60,590 nucleotides of DNA, filler included, from Circinaria calcarea (GCA_051942165.1; 4 parts of 4 records of this genome joined end to end with filler, not necessarily neighbours in it), one strand, 5' to 3'; counted from the first letter of the whole stretch, positions 1 to 13,284 are shown. Notes: a model not told the origin generated them from the sequence alone. Made by a program: numbers and translations.

Positions 1-808
1 GAAGGGGAAGGGGAAAGTTGGGGGCAGACTTACCAGAGGGTCAAGCCGCGAGCGAGCTTTTCGCGCATGAGCAACTGGATGGTATCCTGTGCCGCGAGGG
101 TGGGAGGCGTGGCCCATTGATCGAGAATATCCATTTCTTCCCATTGGAGGTAGCCGCCCGGTCCTGTTTCGCAAAGCGGCAAAGAAACCGCAATCCATCA
201 GCTTTCCCGGGGGATCTCCCAAAAAAAAATTCAAACCATTTTCCAAGCACCACACTCTTCCGTGAAGCTGCAACGAAGACAAGAAAGGAAAAGGAAAGAA
301 GAAAGGACCAGCACTCACGCAGAATCTCCCCCAAATTCTCCACCACTGCCTTCACATCCCGTTCCCTCAGAAAATACTGCAGCCCCCGCACGTGCACGAC
401 GTCGAATCGGCCGCGCCACTCGGTCCCGAACGGCCGTGTCACATCCTGCACCACGAACCTCATCCTCTTGGTCGGCCCGTCCTCCTCGCTTTTCGGGAAC
501 AGTTCTGCCGAGAGGTCGAAACCGACGAGTTCGGGCTTCTTCTTCTGGCGCGAATGCCGGCGGGGATGATGATGGGAATGATGATTGTGCGAGAAAGAGC
601 CGAGATGGTGGAGGCTTTCGGCGACGTCTTGCAGCCAGATTCCCGTACCGGTGCCGATGTCTGCGATTCGGTGGACGGAGGAGAGGGGGATGCAGGGGTG
701 GAGGAGGTGGTTGTTGGAAAGGTGGACGAGGAATTCGTGGTGGCTGTTGAGGCGGGCGGTTTCTTGTGAGGGTGTGGGGTCGGGCATGGAGAGTGAGGGT
801 TGGGCCAT
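1..808 (-). CDS. Class I SAM-dependent methyltransferase (LaeA-like/Methyltransf_23 type); 3' end runs off the window
   Basis: Motif I RIADIGTGTGIW, ELVGFDLS and RFDVVHVR are present. An intron (~316-166, gtgagt...aacag) joins EILR to PGGYLQWEEMD. A second donor gtaagt lies near 33. Confidence 0.85.
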
Positions 809-1534
809 AAGGTGATGTGGAGTGGGGTTTTGTGGTCAGAATGGGACTTGGTTTTTGGGGTGTTTTTGCTTGGATGAGAGGGGTATAGGAGAGAGAGTAG
901 AATTGGGATTGCTGCAGAAGAGATGAAAGGAAAGTGAGAGACGGAAGAGAAGGGATGGTTGATGTGATGAGCATGGCAGTGATTATGGAGTGAATTGATT
1001 CTTGGATGGATTCATCAACGCTCGTGCTTTGTCTTTCTTCAGCATATCACAATTCTCCTTCCTGGCAGGGGAAATAATCATCAATCATCAATTCAGATCT
1101 ATCACAATTTGACTGCATTTCGCAAACCAAACAGTGCATTGCATCTCTCTGCAGGACATGCATAGAACCATGAGGATTCTCGCAGGCCCCCCTCGCTTAA
1201 CCCTGAACTGATGGTGTGGTTACACATACCCATATAAATCCATGTAAGCCTTAGGTGGAGAAAACAAGGCCAAGACAAGGGAATCGAAACCACACATGAC
1301 AGCTAAAGATAGTCTCTTGTGGCATATACTTAAATTAGCAGTAACCATTTACTACAAAAACCGATCTACCTCACAACACGCGTGTTATCTGAATTCATAA
1401 CTGGACCTCACTGGCTAAAAGAGTCACTGATACTAAAACCTGGGATTGTAAAAGATAATCAGCAAAACAGGAACGATACTCACCCATCCCGTCCCCAAAC
1501 TCCTCCCTTTTCCTCTCCGGCGCGTTTCCTTTTC

Positions 1535-1684
1535 TCAACCGCTATACTGAGCCCCGCAATCTGTGCAAGTGACCACAATTCCCTCGGGTAATGGTGAGCC
1601 GCATTGTGCGCAGAGCCAAACTGGGGTTCCCAAGGGATAGTCTTTTCCTGAAATGAGCTCGGGAATTCCGGTAATGTAAGCCAT
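1535..1684 (-). CDS. Possible 49-aa zinc-ribbon microprotein
   Basis: Reads MAYITG...WLCAQCGSPLPEGIVVTCTDCGAQYSG*, with two CxxC pairs. It follows a CA-rich, 5'UTR-like leader and AAAATGG context. Confidence 0.35.
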   Translation of the reverse strand: MAYITGIPELISGKDYPLGTPVWLCAQCGSPLPEGIVVTCTDCGAQYSG

Positions 1685-2408
1685 TTTTCGTGGAAGGTGG
1701 TTGTGTATGAGATTTGTGAGTGGCGAGAGTTGTGTACCTTTTCCTGAGATTTGGATGGAGTGTCTGGTGGATTTGTGTGTGAGATGAAACTGGAAGAATA
1801 TGATCATTAAGTGGTAGGACTTGAGGCAGTTTATATATTTTTGCGTGATGTATTCTTGGAAAGGCAGTGAACTGTAAAGGTTTGACAAAGACAGTATTGT
1901 GCAGGTACAGCGGCATCGCCAACGTCTTCCACTATGGATACTGCATCAGACAAAGGATATTGAGTTCGAGGTACAATGAAAGAAAGAAGTGGATCCTAGA
2001 CAAGAGATCGCACAAGAGTGGTTGTTCATGAGAACAATGTGAGTGTACATATTGGCCGCCTGAAATGACATTCTTTGTTAGCAATACCAGTCTTTGCCCT
2101 AGGGCTAACTCTACCACCATGCTTTACCGCGAACCACGAGAAAGCCCCCACACCATACCACCGAAGCCGTATATGCACCCAGTTCAGGCAGATCTGAAAT
2201 CCTAACCTGAATTCAACCTAGCATTCGAAACTTGACAAAGAAAGAAGTATAGTCCCGAGGCTTTTTTAGCTGTTTAGTGGTGAGACAAAACTTGGTATAA
2301 GCATTGTACTGAAGAGTATCCCATTGTCTCCATATACTCCTCTCTTATGCTATACGACTCAGTTGTAACACATGTAGCAGTCTTCCGTTGAGGTCGCTCT
2401 ATACACAC

Positions 2409-2900
2409 TTAGGCACCCTGTCTTTGTTTATGCTTCGCATTCTTAGAGCAGATTATGTAGACATAACCTTTCCGGCGCACACTCTGTTAAATAGAAATAT
2501 TATTAGCAAAGGTAGGGACGGGAACGTATGACCAAGGATAAAGCAAGCCAGGAAAGAGTAGGTAACAAAAGGGACAAGGTAATTGCAACGTAACCAGAAG
2601 GCCAAGACGAACCTTACACCCATCACACAGCTTCTTCACACTACTCCTCACTTTCATTCCTCTCACCCCACCCAGGGCCGTCTCATTCCCTGCCTCCCTA
2701 ACCGCATTTTCCCTGAACGCTTCCAACGTCGGCCGCCCGGCCCAGCTTCTCATTCTGGAAAATGGGGATGGTGGAGACCGAGAAAGTAGGCTGGTACTGT
2801 AAGCGCGCATAGTGCGAGGCCCCATATACCGCCATGACGCGCAGGCAGTCGTAGTGGATGTGAAGCTACGGAGGGTGAACAGGGAGGTTGGCGGCATCAT
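2409..2900 (-). CDS. RTC6: Mitochondrial ribosomal protein bL36m (two exons)
   Basis: A basic presequence is followed by RGMKVRSSVKKLCDGCK, spliced to SVRRKGYVYIICSKNAKHKQRQGA* (exon 2 at 2483-2409). This is the L36 signature. Confidence 0.93.
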
Positions 2901-3456
2901 TGTGGTCGTTCGAGCTTAGAAGTTACTATCCAGGAGAAGAATTACCACGGGGAAGGCAAGTGCAAACAACTGGGTTGGATTAAGCTATGAGTTGATTGTC
3001 AAATTTAGCTCAAATTCGTACGTATGGGAAGCTCCGTGATGCATGTTGAGCTTTAAGATGGAGCAAATACGCTATGTCTTGGCATTCATTCTCTTCGGAT
3101 AAAACGGGCCGAAAATTGGAGCTTGTTTTAAGAGGTTAAAGTCATCAATCACCTGACGGCCAAGCCCTAAGGTGTACTGTTAATAAGTAAATGGCCCGGA
3201 CGAGCAAGTGAAGAGCCTGGCTGTTCACGAGAGAAATGGCTTCTTCTTCTACCCATGGCCAAGGGAGATGAGCGCCAGTTAAGGACCAATCAATAAAGTT
3301 AGGAGCTACTCATATCTCTTTACTAACTGTTCACGGTTTCAAAGTTGCAAGGTTGAAGGTCGATGATATTTATGCACCCATTGAAGACTATATATTTACA
3401 TTATAAACAAAATCCTGTGACGTTGCCTCTCCACAGCCTCTGTAAGTCATGTTCCT

Positions 3457-5246
3457 TTAAATAGTGTATCGGAACCCAACTTGCCCTTCGATGATCTTCT
3501 CGCCCCTGTCTGCCTTGCGATTACTCCTCGCAAAGTGAAGACTCAGTAGGCCGACCAAAAGGATAATCAGACAATTACAGGTGATCGCAGCGTAGATACC
3601 TGGGTGATAGTCTGGTGCATCCTGACTTCGGAACACCAAGCTGCCGGCGATACCCCCGATACCGCCAAATCCGACCAAGCTGGCACTGCAGAAAGCTCTC
3701 TTCCACTGTCCGCGGATGTTATTCGCCTGGTATGCCATGCAGGCTGGGATGTTTGCGTTCGCACCTGCGGTCACGAGAAAAACACCGAAATACCGTGCAC
3801 CGTTGTTTGTTGCGAAGCCCATGATTGGCAAGCCAATGATAGCAATGGTAGCGTTGAGAACAAGTATGGGCCCACGCATGCGGTACTTATCGGCAACCCA
3901 GGCCGTCGAGTACATGAGAATACCTGCAAAGGCGTAAGGGGGTGCTACAAGGCACTGAGATGCGCCAACCCCGAAGCCCATGCCCTGCTGGAGGATAATC
4001 GGGAGGAAGTAGGCAATGGCGTAACTAACAGTTGTAAGACAGCTAAATGAAATGGATAATTAGCAGTCGATCCTAACGAGCCTTCTTTGCGGAGTTATCG
4101 GCGCTCACAAGAATATCAAAGCGAAGCCCCAGATCTTTAAATCTAGAGCAGGGCGCAAGAATTTGCCCATGGTGAAATCATCCGCAACAGCATCACCCCT
4201 ATCTTTGTTGACTCGGCGAATGACGAATGCGCACTCGGCCTCGCTCAGAAATCTCCACGACCTGTGTGCCTTTTCCGGGAAATCAACGAGAAAGACGGCA
4301 CCAATTATCGCGATAATGCAGGAGATCTGTGGAACGTATGAGCCCTGTAAGTTGAAGTCGGAGGACGGTATCTCACTATGCCTTCCATGATGAAGATCCA
4401 ACGCCAGCCTCCCAAATTAGCCAGTCCTGCCATTTGCATAAAACCAAAGGCTAATATGCCTGATGCTGCGGAAGCCAAACATCCGATCAGATAAAATACC
4501 GAATAACGTTTCTGCACGTCATCTGATACGGTTCAGCTTGACTGGCTCTATGGGGAGATACTAGCTTCTTACATCTCGAGTACCAAGTTGACAGAAGATA
4601 GACGCATCCTGGGAAAAACCCGGCTTCTAGAAGACCAAGTAGGAGTCGGAGGCCCAGAAGGGTCGTCCAATCCTTGACAAAACCAAAAGCCTTTACGAGA
4701 AATTAGTTTAACACTCGGAACTCAGCGCAAGCAGAGACGTACAATCATGACAGCGCCCCAGAGTAGGGTTATGGTTGCAAGGAAATTCCTCGGTCCCAAC
4801 TTTCGTACCAGGACAGTAGCAGGTGGCTGAAAGATAACATAGGTGACAAAGAACACCAGCACGACGATAGACTGTAGTGGTATCAGTTTGGCTCAACAAT
4901 GACTTTCCCAGTGTTAATTCACGCACGTAACGGAATCCGACGGTCAGTCGCAGCTCCGTTAACATACTAGGGATTCAGTCAGTCCACTTTGCAAAAATAT
5001 TCAGAGAGAGGGAGACGCGTACCCAGCAATGGCGGCGGCGGAGAGGTTCGTCCTATCCATCAAACTGATACAGTACATGACTCCACACATTGTGACCAGC
5101 CGCCTATCGACCCTATGGATGATTTCCCTCTGTTCCTTGTATGTATAGGACTCGTCGACATCAATGTCCGAGTCGGTAGGGGCCTTGCTGGCCTTCTCGA
5201 CCTGAGAAACATCGTAGACATTGCCTTTCTCTTCCTGATACTGCAT
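3457..5246 (-). CDS. MFS transporter, anion:cation symporter (Dal5/allantoate-phthalate permease) family, multi-exon
   Basis: Motifs IIHRVDRRLV...MDRTNLSAAAIAG, GLLEAGFFPGCVYLLSTWY, GGWRWIFIMEG and YQANNIRGQWKRA are distributed across exons. Confidence 0.92.
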
Positions 5247-6092
5247 CGTGAGACTCGCGCAGGAAAAAATACTTTGGTAGAATGGATGGACGCGAGGAAG
5301 GACTGATGGAGAGTGAGGTCTGCGGAGCAATTGGTGCGACCCAACAGTCCTATACTCTTTTATCATCCCGCTCTCATGGTAAACCCCTCATCGTCCTCGC
5401 TTCCATTGCGATAGGCCCCAGGCGGCTCGTCGAGGGGGAATTTGGTAATGCAAGATGAAAGCTGATCCATGGCGTTGGACGGCTCGGTGGGCAGCACGAG
5501 GTGTGACGGCTGCCATTGGACGGAAACTCACTTTGCTCGCAGCATCTTGCCAAGCCGGACGGTCAGGGCAGTTGGTTTCCTAACCATTCCGGGCAATTCT
5601 CCGGATGGTTGCCCTTGGCGCATCTGCTTGCCACCTGCCGTTCCTGCACAAATACCCTTAGTCCTTGCGGGGTAGGGCCAGGGGCCACGTTTGGTGGGTG
5701 TGTGACCTACATAGTATGTCAAGTCCAGCCGATTCGATGCCTCTAGGCTTTGGACGCTTGGAGAACAGTCCGCCGTAGATATCGAGGCAAGTACTGGTAC
5801 TCCGGATTTCGGCAGTCATCGACGAATGTATTCTAGGGCGAAGCCAAGCAAATACAAGTGTTGATCGACTAGCAGCAAAGGCCAAGAACCACCTCCGGAA
5901 AGCTGTTGTCATCGTTCGGAGAGGCTTAGACAAGAAGCAGTGGCAATGGGACAACCCAGAGATCCGGCCGAGCGCGTGATCTTGGACGGGTGGTTTGTTT
6001 TACAGAAAATTGAATCGGTTGTGCTACTGTAATGAACAAGCCGACCAACAGCGCACTCAAAACTAATCTGTGATATACTGCCCGGGATACAT

Positions 6093-8009
6093 CTATCCCA
6101 TACTCCCACCGCTAGCATTGTGATTCCCTACCAAGCCCGCCATCTCCAACAAAGCCCTGTCGGCCTCAATGTCCTTCCCGAGCTTCAGCCCCTTTCTCGC
6201 AGCCGCTTCTCTTTCTTCAAACGCCCAGGCCGTCCGCTGCCTTTCAGCTTCCTCGTCCCCTCCGCAGCCCCATACTTCGAGACTTTCGATCTCGAATCGA
6301 TCCTGCCAGTCGTGTTCACGGGACAAACTGGGGTGGAATGAGCCGCCTCCTGCACTCTCGTGCGTGAAAACGCCGTATTCGAGTGAATCGTTCAAGAGCA
6401 ACGACACCGGTCCGAGTGCGACGTGAGAAGAGAGCCCAGATATTGCCTTGGGACGAGGTGGTGGGTTCCCGAAGCTGACTCCTGATTTAGAAAACGTAGC
6501 ATAGTCTTTATTGATGGTGCTAGCTCGGAAAACCTCATGGACAGGTTCGAGCTGAAACAGCAATGTTTCGCTGTCCCCGATAGCTTCCTTGTACGTCTGC
6601 TTCCAAGGAACATTCAGATAGGCTCCGAAAACCACCCTTCCTGTCGTGCTGTTCCCAGCCGCACTGTCGGGGAATCGCTTCGGTGGCAAGAGATCTGCGA
6701 GAACTCGTTCTCGAGCCCCTTTAAGGTTAGCAGGTAGTCGAGTCCCACTCACCAGGAGAATACTGGGCGCTCGCCAGTTTATGACCTTTTGCTGGAATGA
6801 GCCAATACTGAAGCCTGCGTCATCCCCCGAGTAGAGTAGTCGAAGCCTGCGGAAAAGAGTATCGCCCTTCATAAAGAATGAGAGCTGACTGAGAATATGA
6901 AGATCGAGTATCTCGCCTTCTCGACGCATTAGGGGCTCAACGGGCACATCTGTAACACTGACATGTGGTACAGAGGGAGCGTCAGACGATGTAGAGCGCT
7001 TTCGCCGGGATAGATCAATGTTCTTGCTAAATAAAAAATGCTCAAAGAGAGGATTGAGGCCGTCAAAAAGATAGGGGAGAGAGGCGGGTATTATAGTATT
7101 GAACATAGAATAGGAAATACCGGCATGCTCCTCAGGGACAAAGGACCAGAGTACACAGTCTGCGACCCGACGTAGCGCTCGTAACCTTGCCTCTGTGAGA
7201 TTCCCGGTATGCTTCGCCAGACTTTCTTGAGCCTGTAAAGGCGCTACGACGAGTAGGAGCATCAGCAGCCGGCGAAAGTTGTCCACTGGTATCTGAGCAT
7301 GATGTATCTTTGTGTCTGCTCGTCGATCTTGCTTGAATACCTCCATCGCGTCCAAGGATTCTAGAGCAGCAAGGGCAAGTTCGTCATCATCCTCGTCCTC
7401 TTCGTCGTATCCAGGTACGTCAATCGAAAAGCCGGTGGTGTGGGAATGAGGATCTTCTGGTTTCACTTCCTTGTCATGTCCATCTTCAGCACTCGGCGGC
7501 TCTTTGACCTCTTTGGACGACTCTTCATGTCCCGAACTCATTCTTCGGTCAAACACCGCAAGACTCCTATAGAGTAACTTATTTCTATCCGCCTTCCCCC
7601 CCTTTAGGACTTTCCCATACCGCTCCGTCAGTATCGTGACCACCTTCATCATAGCCTCAATGGTGAGGATTGACGGAGCCAGACTGCTGAAAGGGAATGC
7701 CCCCAGATATGTAGCAACCTGGTATAGGACTGCTCCTGAGCCGAGGGCATCTGGGAGCAAGAGGAACCGACATAACGTTTCTTCCTTCCAGTATTTGATG
7801 CCATCTTGGTCATCTGCTAACGTACGAAAGTTGTCTTTGAAATGAGTCAGCTCAAGCGGGGTGAAGCACTTTTCAGCGAAATGCTGTGCGAGCTCCTGGC
7901 TGAGTTGTTCTAGCAAGCGTCAGTAGGAGACTGTGATATAGGTATGTTTGTAGATGAAACCGGTGGTTACGTTACGGGGATTCCGCCCGCTCGAATGTCC
8001 CTGGCCCAT
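6093..8009 (-). CDS. RTC5: Restriction of telomere capping protein 5 (TLDc domain)
   Basis: A short first exon MGQGHS (myristoylation-type N-terminus) splices into a 607-aa ORF. It contains LTHFKDNF and the TLDc core LLYSGDDAGFS...FEIESLEVWGCG, and ends LLEMAGLVG. Confidence 0.9.
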
Positions 8010-8330
8010 ACTGAATTTGGTTGATACTCAGGAGCGCGTGAATCTACTCAATGGATATGGGTTGCCTTCATATTGTTGAAATGGAAGATTACGTAGTTGC
8101 TTTACGGATACATGTCACTTTTGATGCTGATTACATTACATTGAGACAAAGAAAGCATCCTCGCATAGATAAGGTACTCGTTGTGTGGTCTTAAGCGGCA
8201 ACTACAATCGTATAATTAGGACGAGACAGCCATACTTGTCAAAAGTGTTTGATTGAATGTTAAATCTACTATATCCGTGAAAGCAAATCCTTATTACCCG
8301 TTCCTCCAACGTCTCTTTGCTCGTAACTCC

Positions 8331-8569
8331 CTTGATGTTGCAGCCGCAGTGCTCATTGCACCGTTACCGATGTGTTAGACCAACCCCTCTCCAGATAACC
8401 CGATCCCCCAGCGTCTCTCTGATCGAACTTCCTTGATGTTGCAGCCGCAGTGCTCATTGCACCGATATAATGTAATAGACGAAACCCCACCCCGAATAAC
8501 CCGATCCACCACCCGAATGTCTCTTGCTCGAACCTCCTTGATGTTGCAGCCGTAGTGCTCATTGCACCG
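8331..8569. repeat. Three ~33-bp direct repeats (CTTGATGTTGCAGCCGCAGTGCTCATTGCACCG) at ~101-105 bp spacing
   Basis: Copies start at 8331, 8432 and 8537 (one mismatch in the third). The intervening sequences are partly similar to each other. Confidence 0.85.
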
Positions 8570-9069
8570 TCACCGATGCGACAGACAAAACCCCAAACCG
8601 AATAGTCGAAGTGGTGGCCGTGATCGTCCAGGAGAAAAGATCGCCAAATTCGCCAAAACCGCCAAAAGAAAAGAAAGAACAAGAACTCGCATTTTATGCG
8701 TCGCATTCATATATGCGGAGCTGGCTTAGACTCTTCGTGGAGTTGCTCTTCCTGTTGGAGCGTGAACGATGCGGATAAGACTCGCAACAGGATGACTGTG
8801 CGTCGCAGTTTATGCGGAGAAAGCTTAGACTCTTCGTGGAGTATGTAACTAATGAAAGAAAGCAGGTATGTGTCAAGCTAGCTAAAAGGTGTGTGTGTAG
8901 AGTGTATGAATGGTAGGCAAAGAGAAAGAAGAAGTTGATGTGAAGGAGTAGCAAAGATAGGAAGAATTGAGATGTTGTGCATGAAGAAGAAGAAGAACAA
9001 GAAGAAGAAGAGAATTTTGGGCTGGGGTTCTTATACCCTTCACTTGCACTAAAAAACGAGACTAAGGTT

Positions 9070-9425
9070 TTGCGAGTGGCTGGTATATTCCTCACTCCAA
9101 GCGAAACAACGTTTAAGTGGCCGGATAATTTCCCTATTCCGAACGGAATAATTCTTCTGGTGGCTGGATATATCTCCTGTTCCGGCGGAATAACCTTGGA
9201 TTGGCCAGATATTCCTCTTCCGAGCGGAACAACTTTTCGAGTGGCTGGATATATCTCCTGTTCCGGGCGGAATTAGTTCTTGATTGGCTAGATGTCCCGT
9301 ATTCGAAGGAAAGGAATATTCCGGTAGTTGGTTTCGTCCTCTCCGAGTGGAACAACTTCTCGAGAGGCTGGTTCGTTCTTTTCCGAGCAGCAAAGGACCT
9401 AGCGGGGTGGCTGGATACCTGCCAT
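9070..9425. repeat. Degenerate ~41-bp minisatellite (GTGGCTGGATAT... units) with an ~81-bp higher-order repeat
   Basis: GTGGCTGGATATATCTCCTGTTCCGG is exact at ~9160 and 9241. Related units start at ~9076, 9117, 9202, 9284, 9363 and 9407. Confidence 0.7.
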
Positions 9426-10346
9426 ACTTCAAATCCAAAAATCCCCTATTTTTGTAAACAATGTGCCGAATCAGGGTTAGCGCAAAATCCATGCACCACA
9501 AATCAATCCACAACTCACAACAACAGCTCTCTTGGGAATAATATCTATATGCATTGCAGACCAAGTACACAATGAGCTCGAGCGTTGAAGAGGACGTGAA
9601 TATCCTGCTGTCCCATGCACATAGGTGTAGCTACCCCTTTTGTTAGGAATTGCCGCGCCAACTACATCACAGTCCCTCCCTTTCGCGGCATATTTACCTG
9701 ACATAGGAACTGCAAAACTGCGTTCCTCCCCAATCTCTCACACTCATCATCTCGTGATGGCTTCATACCTGATTTTCTTACAGTGCCGAAGATAACGTTC
9801 ATTTCCTCAATCGGCAATCAGGTCGACAGGCCTATAAGCGCGATCACCTCGATGGTCTCATGTCGCGGACCATGCGACCGTCCATGGACTCTCCGGTCAG
9901 ATTTCTCCCTGGTCTATGAGCTAGCCACGAGGCTTCTCTATGTTGGATGATATATTGCAATAGTTTCTTGCTGCCATGATCTAAACCCAGTCAATTGAAT
10001 GAATGCAAGGGACATGCATCGCATTGTCGATTGTTTGACGTTATAAATGAAGGCACAATTACACTGATATGTCAATCCATACAACTATGAAAAGCTTAGT
10101 TATAGCACGTATGAGAGCAAGGTAAGATTCGTCATTGAAATCAAATGAGATTCTATTTACTATATGCTTCTTGTAGACAGCTATTGCTATTGCTACCGAT
10201 CCGACATACATCCTATTCGCAGTCCAATGCCTAGGGTATAATTTTGGTGGAAGACGCCCGAACTCCATGGGATCACGCTAAATGAATGCTCAATGACTGC
10301 CAAGGTTAGCATTCAACGAAAATGGAAGAACATCGTACAGACGCAC

Positions 10347-11597
10347 TCACAGCTCCGTCTTTCCAGTTGGATCCCTCTTTCCACGGCCAGGTCTACTCTC
10401 TCCACTCCTCTCGAAGAAACCTTCAAGGTCCATCCATTCGCCCACAAATGCTGTAACAAGCTTCGACCAGTCCCTAACTGTTGGTAGATCGAGGTGCTCT
10501 CCATCATCCGTTAACTCGTGCCAAACAGGAGGAAATTGAGAAGGAATTATATGCAGGACTTCGACGCCTCGATCCATAAATGGTACGTGATCATCCCCTA
10601 TTAAACCCCCTAACCACATATCCTTGTCTCTTTTGTTGGTTTCGGGTAGGAAGATAGGTTCTCTTCGTCTTGCTCCAAGCGGTTTACCAGTCGATTCTTT
10701 GAAGGCTGAAGATTTACTGGCCTTGGAACGTTTGCTGGGATGGTTAGGAGAGGACTCAAACAGCATAAGGGCGCGAAGACGATTTTCCAAATCTGCCATA
10801 TTTTTGTAGGCCCAATGCGTGGTTTTGTAGTATGAGGGAACTTTGGGATTTTTGGCGCCCAGGAGATCAAGTAATAGGAAGAGAGAGATTGACGCCAGCG
10901 GAGTTTGATACGTTGATAGGGCCGGATGGAATGTGTTCTCCCATTCTGCAGCCAAAGACCTAGCGCCATAAATCGAGTCGGTCGCCGTCCAGCTCTGAAA
11001 TGCCTCCTCTCCATCTAAGAATATAATTTGTAGGCCATTGCGCAACTCCTCGGCTGAATAGTTGTCAAAGTCTTCGTCTGTCTGCAGTTTTGCCCACTTC
11101 TTCGTCAGAGCTTTATCGACACTTCGAGCAGCTTGCAGGAGCATGGCACAAGGCGCAGCGCTGTCTGTCGCACCAATAAACCCATCTGGAGTTATCTTGC
11201 TGTCGTAGTGTGCTACCAAGGTAAGACGACTGACTTTCCCAGGGGATGTCCATGGGGGATCACGGGTGGCTATCATGTTAACGAAGGGGACATCTCGGTC
11301 TCCCGTCACAGGTGTCTTTGATGTAGAGTTTTGAAAGGAGATGTTCCAGTCGGGAAGATTGTTCTTGAAGAAGTCAACGAGATGATTGAGGACAATGATG
11401 GAGCCTGGTGATCCAGACACTCGAGGCCGTAGTATAGGTGCTAGAAGGGCGCCTGTCTTGATATTGAAGTCATCTCCTGGACCAGGCAGGGCTCGCAAGG
11501 AGTCTTCAGCTAGTTTTGTGTATGCTGCTATGTGGAATGTCCATAACGAGAGGAATAAGATATGGAGGACAAGTACTAGATTTCGTGATCTGGCCAT
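10347..11597 (-). CDS. Glutaminyl-peptide cyclotransferase (peptidase M28 family), secretory pathway
   Basis: Has a signal peptide, LVAHYDSK, GATDSAAPCA, FLDGEEAF, LLDLLG, DDHVPF and VWH motifs, and a C-terminal KTEL (KDEL-like). Confidence 0.92.
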   Translation of the reverse strand: MARSRNLVLVLHILFLSLWTFHIAAYTKLAEDSLRALPGPGDDFNIKTGALLAPILRPRVSGSPGSIIVLNHLVDFFKNNLPDWNISFQNSTSKTPVTGDRDVPFVNMIATRDPPWTSPGKVSRLTLVAHYDSKITPDGFIGATDSAAPCAMLLQAARSVDKALTKKWAKLQTDEDFDNYSAEELRNGLQIIFLDGEEAFQSWTATDSIYGARSLAAEWENTFHPALSTYQTPLASISLFLLLDLLGAKNPKVPSYYKTTHWAYKNMADLENRLRALMLFESSPNHPSKRSKASKSSAFKESTGKPLGARRREPIFLPETNKRDKDMWLGGLIGDDHVPFMDRGVEVLHIIPSQFPPVWHELTDDGEHLDLPTVRDWSKLVTAFVGEWMDLEGFFERSGESRPGRGKRDPTGKTEL

Positions 11598-11925
11598 CTC
11601 AATAGTTGCTCGGAGTGAGATCACGGCGGCATCGCCATTGCTATCATAGCTCCCGTCATCTCATATCTTGATATGAATGCACCAGCTCAGCATATAATAC
11701 GACACGCGTGTTACCATCTCGATATTGGTAGTTAGCCATGTACTATAGTAATTCCATGTTACTTCGTACCACGTGACCGCATTCAGCCTTGCCGGTCCGA
11801 AGCGGCCCGATATGAGCTCTGATATTCAACGACCGCTTCGGAATACTCAGGAGGTATCGAGTAACTATATGATAGTTTTCCTCAGTAATAAAGTATTATC
11901 TCTCCCTGCCAAGACCATAGGTGAT

Positions 11926-12751
11926 ATGTTTGTACGAGCCTCACTGTCTACTTACAGAAGGTGTCTGCTCCAAAACTCCACTACTCAAGCTTCGAGTCGT
12001 TTCCAAAACGGCTTGCTCTTTCGCTCCCTTGCGACAATCGCGGTGAAAGAGGCTAAAGCAGGTCAGTAACCTGTACACTACTCTGTTTCTTCTTGTTTAA
12101 TCGGATATATAGGTTACCCAGAAAGGCTTCTAGTATATCATTCCGGAGTTGCGAGGACAGTATTCATAGGCTGGTCAAAGCTCACGACAATCATATTGTT
12201 TTTCTCTTCATGCTTGGTTATTGCTCCTGCTTTCTATTATAATCCAGAGGCACCTGGATGGGTTGTTCCTGCTGGTTCGTACCTAGCTGATCACAGCTTA
12301 TTTAACCGTATGCTGAAGTTTCCTAGTGGTTGCGGGAGGTGCCTTCCCTATGTTTTTTGTGGCATATACAACGAGCCCCTTTGTAAATTATGTCCATTTA
12401 CGGCTGCCGCATTTTGCCCGCCGGTCTCGAGATCAGCTCTTCCGATGGGCGGGAAATATACCCCCCAGTACTGAAATTGATATAACCACAATGCGTTTTT
12501 ATGGGACTGCGCGTGTTTCGAGGATGCGTTTAGCAGACCTGAGGAGCAAGAAAGCAAGGCTTGGCGTAGCCAATCTTGTGAGGACCCAGAGTGGTCCCGA
12601 CGTAAATGGAAGGACTTCGTGGATGGGAAGAAGGCCAAACCATTTCTACGTTGGAAATCAGAAGCTTAATGGCAAAAACAGTATCATTTGGGATATTGTC
12701 ATGGGGCATATTCGCCGAGCCGAACTGCTCGAAAAACTCCCAAATAAATGA
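11926..12751 (+). CDS. Conserved fungal hypothetical protein, probable mitochondrial membrane protein (three exons)
   Basis: The presequence MFVRASLSTYRR is followed by YPERLLVYHSG, two hydrophobic segments and TTSPFVNYVHLRLP. Canonical introns lie at ~12062-12111 and ~12274-12326. Confidence 0.7.
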
Positions 12752-13284
12752 TATGCAAGGGTGGATCTAGCCAGTTTTCTTAGGAACAAGGAGGTGGTAT
12801 ATGTGTATTGCCTGATACTGGCTGGCACCATTTTTCATGATGAGCCACTATGATTTGTCAGTGGCAAGGTATAACCGGTGTCGCAAAGTTCTTAAGTGAA
12901 AGATAGGGTAAGACTCGTGTCTTCTTTGCAGACCACAGTCAGCTAACAATTCGCTGCAGTTCAGCAATCTGGGCTTCTCGCCAATGTTTCAAAAGGCTTG
13001 GACCTTTCAAGACTATCATGTATCGGTAGATTTATGTATGAAAGTTACAACTATTTACTTGTTCAATTACAAGTGCTACAATGCCAAAGAACATATATCC
13101 CTTGAGTTCTTTACTCACAATCCAGAAAGTTCTAGCAGGCCCCTGGGCACCGTGAATCTTCTGAGTGATTGTGAATATAGCATTTAAGTCTCACATTCGC
13201 CGACTTCTCTTGAAACCCTATCCTCTTTCTGTTTGCTACTCTATCGACTACCCAACTCACTTAACCCCAATACCTACAATCGCC

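Noticed and set aside
8331..8569. CRISPR array (33-bp repeats with ~70-bp spacers)
   Set aside because: There are only three units, the spacers are too long and resemble each other, the context is eukaryotic and no cas genes are present. It is a degenerate tandem repeat.
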